Assembly (NCBI GenBank): GCA_049322615.1
Contig: JBMORX010000006.1
Coordinates: 1-56,724 of the forward strand
Reading direction: 5' to 3'
Length of the DNA stretch: 56,724 nucleotides
Source of the DNA: Patescibacteria group bacterium
Lineage (GTDB): Bacteria; Patescibacteriota; Microgenomatia; CAYGWK01
In this document: in pieces, positions 33,837 through 43,811 of the stretch
Layout of the letters: each line of letters opens with the position of its first letter
How positions within the stretch are numbered: the stretch's first letter is position 1
Made by a program: the position numbers and the translations under genes
The notes under the pieces: model-generated
Told to the model about the DNA's origin: nothing
What the model saw: the letters and a program-made list of their open reading frames with translations, nothing else
Database searches by the model: none

Positions 33837-34579
33837 TTTTTACAGGTAACATAAAATAACCGGACAAAAAGAGTTTTTCCAAAAATCCATGATAATATCT
33901 TTTCAACCGCAAATAAAATATCGGTGGAGAGTTTACTATTACACAAATCATAAAAAGTATCCAAAAGTCTTGTAAATCCTCTGATATTCCACTCAGAGAA
34001 ACCAATTTTTCTAAGCGCTTGTTCTAACTCTTTAATGCTTACTTCGTAGCCCCCAATTTGTCTTTTTCTTAACCTAGAAATAAAAGTAGAAGAATATTTA
34101 TTGGGAAAAGTAAAAACCAAAAATCCCCCTAGTTTCATTGATTGATAAAGGTGGTACAGTTCTTCTTGCCACCTTGGAGAATAAGATAACACCCGAATCG
34201 CGGTTATAACATCAAATTCCCCCCAGCTTTGGGGAAGAGGATTTACAATATCGTGAACGATTAGTTTTCTAATTTTGGGATTATTTCTAAATTTCCCTTG
34301 ACAGTAATCAACCATTGTTTTGGAAATATCTGTACCATAATGCTCGACATTATCTCTAATAACCGCCCTGGTGATTCGACCAGTGCCAATTCCAATATCT
34401 AATGTTTTAAGCCGCTCATTTCTCAAGGCTTTTTTTCTTGACTTGATAACCCTTTCAATTAAATCAGTTTCCAACTCACTTAATCTTTTCTTTGCCATAG
34501 ATTCCCACGATTGGGAATAAGTTTCTCCTCGTTTATCCCAGTACCTGGCTATCTTCTTATTGATTATTTTTTCCATCAT
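33833..34579 (-). CDS. Class I SAM-dependent methyltransferase
   Basis: I trimmed the ORF to the ATG at 34579. Motif I is TLDIGIGTGRITRAV. Confidence 0.8.
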   Translation of the reverse strand: MMEKIINKKIARYWDKRGETYSQSWESMAKKRLSELETDLIERVIKSRKKALRNERLKTLDIGIGTGRITRAVIRDNVEHYGTDISKTMVDYCQGKFRNNPKIRKLIVHDIVNPLPQSWGEFDVITAIRVLSYSPRWQEELYHLYQSMKLGGFLVFTFPNKYSSTFISRLRKRQIGGYEVSIKELEQALRKIGFSEWNIRGFTRLLDTFYDLCNSKLSTDILFAVEKILSWIFGKTLFVRLFYVTCKK

Positions 34580-35507
34580 ATTCAAAAAAAGCCCACTTAA
34601 AGCCATCTTTCATCCCTTTATAGAAATTAAAGAGAACTTGAAAGTTGAAATATCGGATTGCTTGACAAGTATAGATTAAAAACCAAATCGGATAAAGCAA
34701 AATAAATATCGCGAAATACGGCGAATTTTTTCTCATAAATATTATTTTATTCCTGGCTGTCCAATGGGAGCGAGAAAGCCAGCGTTGTTTGCTGGCTTTC
34801 TCATCAAGAAGAGGAATTTTATGGTAACATAAAGCTTTGGGGGTATAAATTATTTTATATCCTGCTTTTCTTACCCGAAAGGAAAAATCAGCATCTTCGT
34901 AAGAGACAAAATAAATGTCATCGTACAACCCAACTTTTTCGATTACTTCTCTTTTTACCAAAAAATTAGCGGGAGCGATATCAACCTCCTTAACTTTCTC
35001 ATATTGTCCGATATCCTTCCCTCCTCTAAAAATATTTTCCCCTGTAATTAAATTCATCCCTGTTCCTGCCGCCCAAATTATATCTTTATTTTCCCAATAA
35101 AGAATTTTTGGGACGACTACCCCAATCTTTGGATCAGATTCGGCTAATTTAACCATTTCCGAAAGCATATTAGGGTTAAGAATATTATCATGATCAACAA
35201 GCCAGATGTAATCTCCCGTCGCCTCTTTCAATCCTGCATTAGCTCCACCAGTGACACCTAAATTCTTCTGGTTTCTGATAAGTTTTACTTTGGGAAACTT
35301 CTTCTTCACCGCCTCACTTGTTCCATCCGTCGAGGCATTATCAACAACAATTACCTCAAGATTATGGTAATCTTGATTTATAATTGAATCCAAACATTCC
35401 AAAAGAATCTCCTTTAAATTATAAGTAGGTACAACTACGGAAACTTTCGGATGTCTTTTAAGTCTTATCACGATATACTTTATTTTAAACCATTCTAGGT
35501 TATCCAA
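34557..35507 (-). CDS. GT-A (GT2-like) glycosyltransferase
   Basis: 316 aa. Motifs VSVVVPTYNLKEILLECL, VIVVDNASTDGT and LVDHDN. The ORF opens with a non-ATG start, so the true start is uncertain. Confidence 0.85.
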   Translation of the reverse strand: MDNLEWFKIKYIVIRLKRHPKVSVVVPTYNLKEILLECLDSIINQDYHNLEVIVVDNASTDGTSEAVKKKFPKVKLIRNQKNLGVTGGANAGLKEATGDYIWLVDHDNILNPNMLSEMVKLAESDPKIGVVVPKILYWENKDIIWAAGTGMNLITGENIFRGGKDIGQYEKVKEVDIAPANFLVKREVIEKVGLYDDIYFVSYEDADFSFRVRKAGYKIIYTPKALCYHKIPLLDEKASKQRWLSRSHWTARNKIIFMRKNSPYFAIFILLYPIWFLIYTCQAIRYFNFQVLFNFYKGMKDGFKWAFFEYDGKNNQ

Positions 35508-35550
35508 AAAGAAATCTGCCTTTTTAACGCAGTTCTAGAGAAGGTTATCT

Positions 35551-36660
35551 TCACCATCCAGCCTTTATTACCTCACAAATATATTTAATATCATCAACTG
35601 ATAAATGATAGTGCATCGGAAGGACTAAATACTTGCTCTCCAGCCTATCCATATTGGGACAATTAGAAACCCTGCCTCCAAAAATCGTATACATATCGTT
35701 TCTATAATGAACGGGGTTGCTTTCAATCCCGTTTTCCGCAAGTTTTCTTTTCAAATCTTCCCTTCTTTCTACCAAGACTGTGCACAACCAGCAAGAAGAG
35801 TGGTGAATTTCATCGTCACCGATAAATTTAATTCCAGGGATGTCTTCTAAACCTTTCCGATAAGTCTCAAAAAGCTCCCGGTGGTGAGCAAGAGTTTGGT
35901 CTAATATCTTCATCGCCTCAATACCCATCGCCGCCGAAACGTCAGTCATCTGGTATTTATAGCCCACTTCAGTAATATCGTTTCCCCATTTATCCTCTAA
36001 TTTCGCCTTTCTGTCTATTCCAAACCACCTGATTCTTTTTGCCTTATCCTCAAGTCCGGGGTTTTTAATCGTCAACATTCCCCCATCACAAGTGGTAATA
36101 ATTTTAATTGCTTGAAAAGAAAAAGCGGTGAAATCAGCAATGCCCCCTACATACCGACCTTTGTAAATTGCCCCATGCGCCTGGCAAGCATCTTCAATAA
36201 GGGGAATATGCCACATATTAGCAATTTCCTGGAGTTCATCCAAATCAGCAGGCAGTCCACCATAGTCAACACAAACGATAGCTTTTGTCCGTTCATTAAC
36301 CAACAACTTTACGCTCTCTGGATCAACATTAAGATTATTAGGCTTAACATCAGCAAAAATAGGCTTTGCCCCTAAATAAAGAAGCGGAGTATTGGTGGCG
36401 GTACAAGTAAAAACAGGGACTACAACCTCATCTCCTTGTTTAATGTCAGCTAAAATATAAGCTAAGTGTAAAGCGTCAGTTCCCGAACCAACGGCAATTG
36501 ATTTATGAGGATGGGATATTTGCTCAAACCAAACTTTTTCAAATTCATCTACCTTTGGCCCTTGACCAATCCAACGGGTATCAAGCACATTTCTGGCGGC
36601 TTCTCGCGCCGCCTGGGGAACATGGGGGTAAAAAAGAACTATTTCTTTCCTCTCAGCCAT
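35551..36660 (-). CDS. DegT/DnrJ/EryC1/StrS-family PLP-dependent sugar aminotransferase
   Basis: 369 aa. Motifs AVGSGTDALHLA and FSFQAIKIITTCDGG (the PLP lysine). Confidence 0.9.
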   Translation of the reverse strand: MAERKEIVLFYPHVPQAAREAARNVLDTRWIGQGPKVDEFEKVWFEQISHPHKSIAVGSGTDALHLAYILADIKQGDEVVVPVFTCTATNTPLLYLGAKPIFADVKPNNLNVDPESVKLLVNERTKAIVCVDYGGLPADLDELQEIANMWHIPLIEDACQAHGAIYKGRYVGGIADFTAFSFQAIKIITTCDGGMLTIKNPGLEDKAKRIRWFGIDRKAKLEDKWGNDITEVGYKYQMTDVSAAMGIEAMKILDQTLAHHRELFETYRKGLEDIPGIKFIGDDEIHHSSCWLCTVLVERREDLKRKLAENGIESNPVHYRNDMYTIFGGRVSNCPNMDRLESKYLVLPMHYHLSVDDIKYICEVIKAGW

Positions 36661-36673
36661 TTTCTAGATTGTA

Positions 36674-37423
36674 TCACCCTTTTTGAGCTAAAATCAATTG
36701 GTTTAAACCAAGCCGTAAGAAATATTTTCGGTAGCCACTTAATGGTTTTAGAATTGTTCTATCGGCTAAACTATGGCAGGAATCGATTAATTCAACCGCC
36801 TTTTCTTGTTTTCTAATAAAAATAGATCTTAAAAATCTGAAAGGCTTGAATAGTAAATTTTCCATCAAAGGGTGGAGAAATGAGATGCCACAAACCTCAT
36901 GAGTTAAAACCTTAAACCCGGAGTTTTCAACTAATTTTCTTAACTCCTTAATTGACATTTCCGAAAGGTGAGTTTCGGAAATATCATGAAAGAAAATGCT
37001 TCTCACCGGAGCAGTTAAAATGATTCTTCCTTTAAATTTTAGAACGCGATAACTTTCGTTTAAAGCCAACTTCGGATTTCGCAAATGAGATATCACCTCA
37101 TTCATAATTACAATATCAAACAGGGAATCTTTAAAAGGAATTCCTTCTTCTACGTCTGCTTTAAGAACTTTTAATCCCTTTTTACAACATTCTCTTATAG
37201 CAAAATCATTTGTTTCTATACCTATCTTTTTTTGGGAAGGAATTTTCTTCAGCAACACTCCAAAACCGCAGCCTATCTCTAAAACTCTATCGCTCTCTTT
37301 AAACTTTAAGAGCTCTAATATTCGTTTAATATCCGTCCTCTCTTTAGTTCTATAACTGTATTCATGTTCCTCATAGTATTTTTGGTTATAAAGACTATGT
37401 GGCTGATTAGTTTTGCTTTTCAC
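36674..37423 (-). CDS. Class I SAM-dependent methyltransferase
   Basis: 249 aa. Motif I is VLEIGCGFGVLL. Confidence 0.8.
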   Translation of the reverse strand: MKSKTNQPHSLYNQKYYEEHEYSYRTKERTDIKRILELLKFKESDRVLEIGCGFGVLLKKIPSQKKIGIETNDFAIRECCKKGLKVLKADVEEGIPFKDSLFDIVIMNEVISHLRNPKLALNESYRVLKFKGRIILTAPVRSIFFHDISETHLSEMSIKELRKLVENSGFKVLTHEVCGISFLHPLMENLLFKPFRFLRSIFIRKQEKAVELIDSCHSLADRTILKPLSGYRKYFLRLGLNQLILAQKG

Positions 37424-38990
37424 TTTCCACTCCTTTCAAGCCTAAATTAACCGCTTCACGGATTCGGTGAGTTTTGAATTCTCCAAGTTTAATTGTTAAA
37501 ATGAACATATAAAGGTAGTTTTTCGTTATTCTAATGGCGTATTTTAGATCCTCAAAAGATTGTATTTTTCTTAAAAGTGTTGCCGGTCTCGTAATCGGCC
37601 AAAGCAAGCGAGAAAACATTAACCGTTTATGGGCTTGGCTTTGGGCGTGTTTTAGCTCCAAAGGAGTAAAATATTTAGTCGCTGCCCCCTTGTAACCAGA
37701 AAATAGAGCGGCGATTTTTGTCTTTTTAAAATCAGCCTCTTTAATCAAGCCTTCATTGACCATAATTTTAGTCACATCAGTCCCCGGAAAGGGCATCAAC
37801 AGGATAAAACCGACAAAGTCAGAATATGAGTTAATTGCATAATCAAAAGTTTGGTCCATTGCTTCTTTCGTCTCATAAGGAAACCCAATAATATAAGTAG
37901 AAAAAGTCCACAAGCCTAAATTACTGGCAATTTTCATCACTTCTTTAGCTTTTTCCAAATTTAAGTTCTTCCTAATAAACTTTTGGGTTTCAGGATGACC
38001 AGACTCAATTCCAAATGTTAACCGGTAACATCCACTTTTTTTCATCTTAAGAAGTAATGGTTTGTCTAAACTCCAAATGGCAATTCCATTAGGGGTAGTC
38101 CATTTAATGTCTATTTTTCGCTTTAGCAAACCATCACAAATTTTTTCCAGTCTTTCTCTACTTACAGATATATTATCATCCAGAAAATGAATTTCTTTAA
38201 TTCCATACCTTTTTACTAAATGCTCAATTTCTTGCAAAACTCTTTCCGCGCTCCATGGTCGCCATCGTCTTCCCCAAATCCCTGGCACAGCACAGTAAAT
38301 ACAGTTATTAGGACACCCCCGACTAGTAAACATTGAGGTAAAAGGGCTTCTCATAATATAAGAGCCTTCTTCATTTTTATCATAGCGCAAATAAATATCC
38401 ATGGGCAACAAATGTCTTGCGGGAAGAGGTAGAGAATCTAAATCCGAGATAAAAGGCCGAGGATGATTAATTATCACTTTGCCTCCTGCACCTCTAACTG
38501 CAGTACCAGGAATATCGTCAAGTCCTTTTTTATTCGCCAGTCTCTCCACTATTTCCAAAAGGGTCTCTTCACCTTCACCGATGACAACGATGTCCACATT
38601 TTTATCTTGTAAAACACCTTGAGGCATTGTTGAAGCATGAGCTCCCCCAAAAACAACTGAAATTTTAGGGGAGATTTTTTTCACCAGCGCTGCCAGTTCA
38701 TGGGCGTCAGGAGCAAACGCGGTAAACATTGTACTAACACCCACGATGTCTGGTTTATAATAGTTAATTCTGCACACAATTTCTTTGGCGGTTAACCCAA
38801 CTCGTAAAAAATTTTTTCCTCTTTTTCTTTCATTAAACCCTTCTGCTAAGGCGTCAATTATTACTACGTCATGACCCTTATTTTCCAAAAAGGCAGCTAA
38901 ACTCGCCAGCCCCAGTGGTGGCGCAATTCCTGGAACAGTTGGATCGTCTCCTCTAACTGTTATTGGCGGGTAAAACAATAATATTCTCAT
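37407..38990 (-). CDS. B12-binding-domain radical SAM enzyme (class B, methylase-like)
   Basis: 527 aa. An N-terminal Rossmann-like B12 domain (MRILLFYPP...VVFGGAHAS) is followed by the canonical SRGCPNNCIYC (CxxxCxxC) cluster motif. Confidence 0.85.
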   Translation of the reverse strand: MRILLFYPPITVRGDDPTVPGIAPPLGLASLAAFLENKGHDVVIIDALAEGFNERKRGKNFLRVGLTAKEIVCRINYYKPDIVGVSTMFTAFAPDAHELAALVKKISPKISVVFGGAHASTMPQGVLQDKNVDIVVIGEGEETLLEIVERLANKKGLDDIPGTAVRGAGGKVIINHPRPFISDLDSLPLPARHLLPMDIYLRYDKNEEGSYIMRSPFTSMFTSRGCPNNCIYCAVPGIWGRRWRPWSAERVLQEIEHLVKRYGIKEIHFLDDNISVSRERLEKICDGLLKRKIDIKWTTPNGIAIWSLDKPLLLKMKKSGCYRLTFGIESGHPETQKFIRKNLNLEKAKEVMKIASNLGLWTFSTYIIGFPYETKEAMDQTFDYAINSYSDFVGFILLMPFPGTDVTKIMVNEGLIKEADFKKTKIAALFSGYKGAATKYFTPLELKHAQSQAHKRLMFSRLLWPITRPATLLRKIQSFEDLKYAIRITKNYLYMFILTIKLGEFKTHRIREAVNLGLKGVESEKQN

Positions 38991-39033
38991 GCTTAAAAAA
39001 TTATAGCAAATGGTCTCTTGTAAATCAGTATTT

Positions 39034-41388
39034 TCATTTTAAACCTGAAGTCAATTTAAGACTCCTCAAAACTATCCGCTCAACTTTGACATCTGTGGGT
39101 GCTTTTGCAACCAGGCTATCGGCAAAAAGATAAAGCTTAAGATAAATTTCTCCTTCTTTATTAACAAGGCCAGAGACCTCAACTCGAGAAATGCAATACG
39201 CAGACTGACTGGCTGAACAAATGGAGACTGTCTGATAATTTTCCCCATCTGGGCTCGCTTCAATTTTAACCACACTCGGAGAATGAGCAAGAATCTCGGA
39301 ATCGATAAGATAAATTAAATTATCAGAAGATAAATTCTCCCCAAAGGAAGACTTTAGAATCAAAATGGCCGGAAGGTTAAAGTTTTTAGGAGATATTGGT
39401 AAAGCCAAGGGAAAAAAATTTTTAGCAAAAATTATTTTCGTGTCATTTTCTTTAAAAAGGAGGGGTTGTCCGGTATCTATTAAATCGTCTTGCCATAAAT
39501 AATCACAGTTTTTTTGCTTTTTGTAAATAAGAATCCCCTCAATCCCCTTAAGACAATAACCACCATTTATTAAAAATGAATGAAGTTGAGGATGGTTCTT
39601 AAATAACTTTAAAGAAGTGACAATATAGTCGGTGTCAGTTTTATCAGGAAAAAGATAAAAATCTTTGCGATCAGCAAAATAGGGCGCCAGACCAGTATCG
39701 GCGGCTAATGATCCCTCATCGGGGATTAGTTTTTTTATCTGGTTAAAAGAACTCACCTCTGGGCTTTTTCTTAGCTCAAATAATCCTTTATGGGTATTCC
39801 CGAGATTAAACCCCAGCAAATTTAAAGGACCGAAATAAAGACTCGAGAAAAAAGAGGTGGAGAAAATGAAAATACAAAAAGCTACCTTAAATCTCTTTCT
39901 AGAAACAAAATCCAAAGTTACCCAAATTAATAAGGGAATCAACCAACTTTGATAGTGCCAAAAAATTGAAGAAGGTAGGTCAAAATTCAGAAGCAGGTTT
40001 ATCAAAAAAAATGGAAGTGTAAATAAAACCAGTGGGCTTAGCAGAGCCAAAAATCCTGTAGGGAGGAACATCAAAAAAAGATACTGAATTTTTCTTTGGG
40101 TGAAGATAAAATTTAAAAGATATTCTAATTTAGAAAGGGGAGTTCTAGCGCTCTTAAGTAAGTTCTCCCCAAGATGAGAATACATACCAACCTGGGCCGG
40201 TAGCAAACCACCCTGACCAAAGTAAGGAATAATCAGGGATTTAATCAGCAACAAATAGCAAAGACCAGAAGTTAGAAGAAAAAAACCCAGTTTTTTACTA
40301 GGTTCTTTCTTAAAAAGCAAATACAGACCAAAAATGGAAGCGTAAATTGCAAACTCTTCTCTTGAAAAAACAGCCAGCACCAAGAAAAGAAAGAATAGCT
40401 TATATCTCTTCTGTTCTAAAAAATAAATGCTCCACAAGACAGAAACCAAACTAACAATTTCGATATGGAAATCATAAAGAATCTGGAATTGGAAAGCGGG
40501 AAACAACAGATAAACCAATCCAAATATTAAACCCAAAAAATCAGATCGTAATCTTTTACGAGCAAGGAAAAAGACAGGGAAAAAACCACTCACACCAATT
40601 ACAATCTGAATCAGCTGTAATAATATTGGGGTCGGTAGAGTGGGAATTTTAACTAGATAAAGCGGGACAAAAAGAAATATTAGTGGTTCAAAATGCAAAC
40701 CAAACCAATTCCTCGGGCCATCCAGGTAGGTAAATGTCAAAAGGTCACCGTGAGCGGTATTCCAAAAGACGCTGATAAAAGCATGGCTATCTGGTTTTTC
40801 GATTGTTAAATCAAGGGAACGTAACACGGAAAAATAACTCCAAAACAGAACTGATAAAATAAAAATACTCCAAACCCCAATCTCTATTCTTCTTGGCTCA
40901 AAAATAGCTATTTTTGAAAAATTGATCGGTTTTAAAAGATTATAAAAAACCCAACTTAAAACGAGAATAAAAAAAAGAAGAAAATAAAAAGTGGTTTGAT
41001 CAAACCAAGCGGTTTGATTTCCTATGGAAACAAAAACCCTTAAAGGAGAAAAAAACAAGAATAAAATTGGTCTCATTGCTTTAGTCTGATCCCAAACACC
41101 TTTAATCCAACTAAATCTTTTTTTATTTTTTGAATATTGAAATAACAATATAAGAACATTAACTAGGGCGAGGGCAAGGGAAGAAACAATCAAATGTTTT
41201 AGGAAATCATAAAGTACTTTTTTCTCCGAAATACTTCCATGAAAAATAAAACTCTTTAGCTCTTGAGGATAAACCTGCGTCCAAAGGCTAAAAGCCACCA
41301 AGAAGCAAAAGATTCCCCAAACAATAAATAAAAAGCAATAAGTAAGAAATCTACTTTTTAACCGCATAAACCTCCATCGAATCCCCAA
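39034..41388 (-). CDS. Large polytopic membrane protein, DUF2079-like (GT-C-like)
   Basis: 784 aa. WNTAHGDLL...FGLHFEPLIFLFVPLY matches my memory of the DUF2079 signature. It has a C-terminal soluble domain of about 250 aa. The start may be the ATG at 41367. Confidence 0.55.
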   Translation of the reverse strand: MGIRWRFMRLKSRFLTYCFLFIVWGIFCFLVAFSLWTQVYPQELKSFIFHGSISEKKVLYDFLKHLIVSSLALALVNVLILLFQYSKNKKRFSWIKGVWDQTKAMRPILFLFFSPLRVFVSIGNQTAWFDQTTFYFLLFFILVLSWVFYNLLKPINFSKIAIFEPRRIEIGVWSIFILSVLFWSYFSVLRSLDLTIEKPDSHAFISVFWNTAHGDLLTFTYLDGPRNWFGLHFEPLIFLFVPLYLVKIPTLPTPILLQLIQIVIGVSGFFPVFFLARKRLRSDFLGLIFGLVYLLFPAFQFQILYDFHIEIVSLVSVLWSIYFLEQKRYKLFFLFLVLAVFSREEFAIYASIFGLYLLFKKEPSKKLGFFLLTSGLCYLLLIKSLIIPYFGQGGLLPAQVGMYSHLGENLLKSARTPLSKLEYLLNFIFTQRKIQYLFLMFLPTGFLALLSPLVLFTLPFFLINLLLNFDLPSSIFWHYQSWLIPLLIWVTLDFVSRKRFKVAFCIFIFSTSFFSSLYFGPLNLLGFNLGNTHKGLFELRKSPEVSSFNQIKKLIPDEGSLAADTGLAPYFADRKDFYLFPDKTDTDYIVTSLKLFKNHPQLHSFLINGGYCLKGIEGILIYKKQKNCDYLWQDDLIDTGQPLLFKENDTKIIFAKNFFPLALPISPKNFNLPAILILKSSFGENLSSDNLIYLIDSEILAHSPSVVKIEASPDGENYQTVSICSASQSAYCISRVEVSGLVNKEGEIYLKLYLFADSLVAKAPTDVKVERIVLRSLKLTSGLK

Positions 41389-42226
41389 GATCTATCCCCA
41401 GCGTTATCTTTTCTAACCCTTTAAATTTAATTTTGCATGGGATTGATAACAGCTTCAGGAGTCTTTGAAAAAAATAGGAAGCACTTAAATACCATTTGTA
41501 TCTTCTGGATATGATTATTTCAAAGCCTGTCATTTCAAGTAGAAACTTTATTGTCTTGGGAGAAAAGTAAAAAAAATGGCCCGGCCTAATGTGCCACCAT
41601 CTTTCCCCAAGAATTCTGGCAGCAAGGCTATTAATATTCGGCATTACTATACAAATCACACCATCCTGTTCTAGAAGGGAGCAAACCTTCCTAAGGGAGG
41701 AAATCGGATCGACTAAATGCTCAAGGACATCAATAAGCGTCACCAACTGAAGGCTTTCCTTTGGAAACTTGACATTCTTTAAAAAACCTTTTTTTACTTT
41801 TAAATGATACTTTTCTCTAGCAATCTTTACTGCCCAATTTGAGGGTTCAATCCCGTAAACTTCATAGCCGTAATTTCTAGCCTCAACTAAAAAAGCTCCG
41901 GTAGCACAGCCTACATCTAGAAGTTTTCCTGCTGCTCTAATTTTTTTAAGGCTTTTAATAATTCTCTTAAAAGCTAAAGATCTATTGATTCTCTCTTCCT
42001 CGTATTGAGGATCATCAAGACTCTGATAATAATGATCAATCGCTTTTCTTGAAAAACCAATCTCTTGGAAAACTATACCACACGAAAGACATCTGAGAAT
42101 ATCCAAGTGTTTACCATAATCTGTTCCTGAAATCTTATATGAACGTTTAAAGGGTGCTGGACCTATATTGGCTGGAAAAACCAGAGAGAGATTTGATACA
42201 CCACATATTGGGCAACCTTTTTTCAT
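41351..42226 (-). CDS. SAM-dependent methyltransferase with an N-terminal zinc ribbon
   Basis: 291 aa. It has CPICG...CLSCG, then motif I LLDVGCATGAFL. Confidence 0.8.
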   Translation of the reverse strand: MKKGCPICGVSNLSLVFPANIGPAPFKRSYKISGTDYGKHLDILRCLSCGIVFQEIGFSRKAIDHYYQSLDDPQYEEERINRSLAFKRIIKSLKKIRAAGKLLDVGCATGAFLVEARNYGYEVYGIEPSNWAVKIAREKYHLKVKKGFLKNVKFPKESLQLVTLIDVLEHLVDPISSLRKVCSLLEQDGVICIVMPNINSLAARILGERWWHIRPGHFFYFSPKTIKFLLEMTGFEIIISRRYKWYLSASYFFQRLLKLLSIPCKIKFKGLEKITLGIDLGDSMEVYAVKK

Positions 42227-42891
42227 CTTCTTGTAATACTTTTCCTGAAACGTATTAATTTAGTTATTAAATAAACATAGAAAGGGGAACTTTTTCCGAA
42301 AACAGTCGATCTTTTAAGCTTTTTGAGAAAATCGTTCTGGTCATCAAAATCTTCAATTTCTACGCCAGCCAAACCAATTTCATTAGACAAATGGGCATCG
42401 CTTCCGGCTCCCATAAGTTTTTGGTATCGAAAAGCTAATTTTTGGGCTTGATAATTAGCTTCTTTTGAAAATGTTCTAGAATTAAAAACTTCTAAAATAT
42501 CTATCTCCCCAAGACAGCTTAAAATCGATTTTAAAGTAAGACTGCTTCTTCTTCCGGTTGAACTATCGAGGAGATGAGGAACATAAACAAGGCCCTTTTG
42601 GAGCCTAATTTGTTCAATAGTATCTTTAAGCGACAACCCGGGTTCAATTTTCCTCTCCAAAAAAAGTCCAATTATTTCGCCCTCTTTAGTATTGATTTCC
42701 TCGCCGACAATTACCTTTAAAGGCAGCTCTCTTTTCAGCCTTATAGCACCATAAATTTCATTGTGATCAGTAATTGCCAAGGCTTGAATCTTTTTTTTGC
42801 GACAAGCATCAAGAATCGCTTTTCTGTCGATCAGACAATCGTAAGAAGCAAAACTGTGGATATGCAAATCACATCTCATATTTTTAATCAC
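42223..42891 (-). CDS. PHP-domain metal-dependent phosphoesterase
   Basis: 222 aa. Motifs CDLHIHSFASYDC, LAITDHNEI and GAGSDAH. Confidence 0.8.
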   Translation of the reverse strand: MIKNMRCDLHIHSFASYDCLIDRKAILDACRKKKIQALAITDHNEIYGAIRLKRELPLKVIVGEEINTKEGEIIGLFLERKIEPGLSLKDTIEQIRLQKGLVYVPHLLDSSTGRRSSLTLKSILSCLGEIDILEVFNSRTFSKEANYQAQKLAFRYQKLMGAGSDAHLSNEIGLAGVEIEDFDDQNDFLKKLKRSTVFGKSSPFYVYLITKLIRFRKSITRR

Positions 42892-43811
42892 CAGGAAGAT
42901 AATAATACTATTAAAATTAGCAGTATTAATCCTGCTGCTAAAGAAAACAAGGGCTTCTTAAAAAAGAGATTCTCCGGTTCTTTCAATAATCCCTTTTCAT
43001 CCTCCATAAGGACTACTAACCAAATAAAAAGAAATAGTAACAGTGGCAAAGCGAGAAGCAATCTAGGTTTATAAATTATGGCAAAATAACCAAACAGACA
43101 AAGAGTCAACAAGAAATATAAGATTGTTATAAGAAAAATATTGCCCAAGCGGTAATAGCGATAAGAATTCCTATAGTGAAATGGAATAGCTTTGGGAAAT
43201 TTTTCGCTAAGAAACTTCAGTTCGGCGTATCTTTTGGTGGACATCAAAATCGCTCCGGAAGTCCAAAAAAGAAAAAGAAAAGAAAGCGGCGGAAAAATAA
43301 AAGACTCACGAACTGCAAACCAGCCAATAAGAATCCGAAGGGGGTTATTCACCGATTCAGAAATAACGTCCAAAACAAATCTATCTTTTAATCTTATAGG
43401 TTTAAGATTATAAAGTAACCCAGCAAGAAAAAGTAAAAATAAAAATTGGAAAACTTTTTGACCAAAAACTATTAACGCCAAAGCCGAAGAAGTTAAAAGC
43501 AAAAAAAACATAATTCCATAAAGAAATCTTTTGGAAACTCGTTGATTGGGAATCGCCCGTTTTCCTTTAAGAGGATGGAACGAATCTGTTTTTTCGTCAG
43601 CCAACCCATTGACAATGTAATTAACTGAAGAGATTAAACAAGCCAAAATAAATGCAAAAGAAAGTCTTGAGAACAAGAACCACATGTCTGATTCAGGCTT
43701 ATGATAAAAAATCGAGGCTAGGCCTCCCAGGTAAACCACAAAATTTTTAAACCAATAGCTCGGCCTCAATATCTCAATGTAATAAGACAAATTATTTTTA
43801 TTTACAAACAT
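42888..43811 (-). CDS. UbiA-superfamily prenyltransferase, DPPR-synthase-like
   Basis: 307 aa with about 8 helices. NYIVNGLADEKTDSFHPLKGKRAIP parallels the N(D)xxDxxxD...hPxKxxRP motif of polyprenyl-phosphate phosphoribosyltransferases. Confidence 0.65.
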   Translation of the reverse strand: MFVNKNNLSYYIEILRPSYWFKNFVVYLGGLASIFYHKPESDMWFLFSRLSFAFILACLISSVNYIVNGLADEKTDSFHPLKGKRAIPNQRVSKRFLYGIMFFLLLTSSALALIVFGQKVFQFLFLLFLAGLLYNLKPIRLKDRFVLDVISESVNNPLRILIGWFAVRESFIFPPLSFLFLFWTSGAILMSTKRYAELKFLSEKFPKAIPFHYRNSYRYYRLGNIFLITILYFLLTLCLFGYFAIIYKPRLLLALPLLLFLFIWLVVLMEDEKGLLKEPENLFFKKPLFSLAAGLILLILIVLLSSW

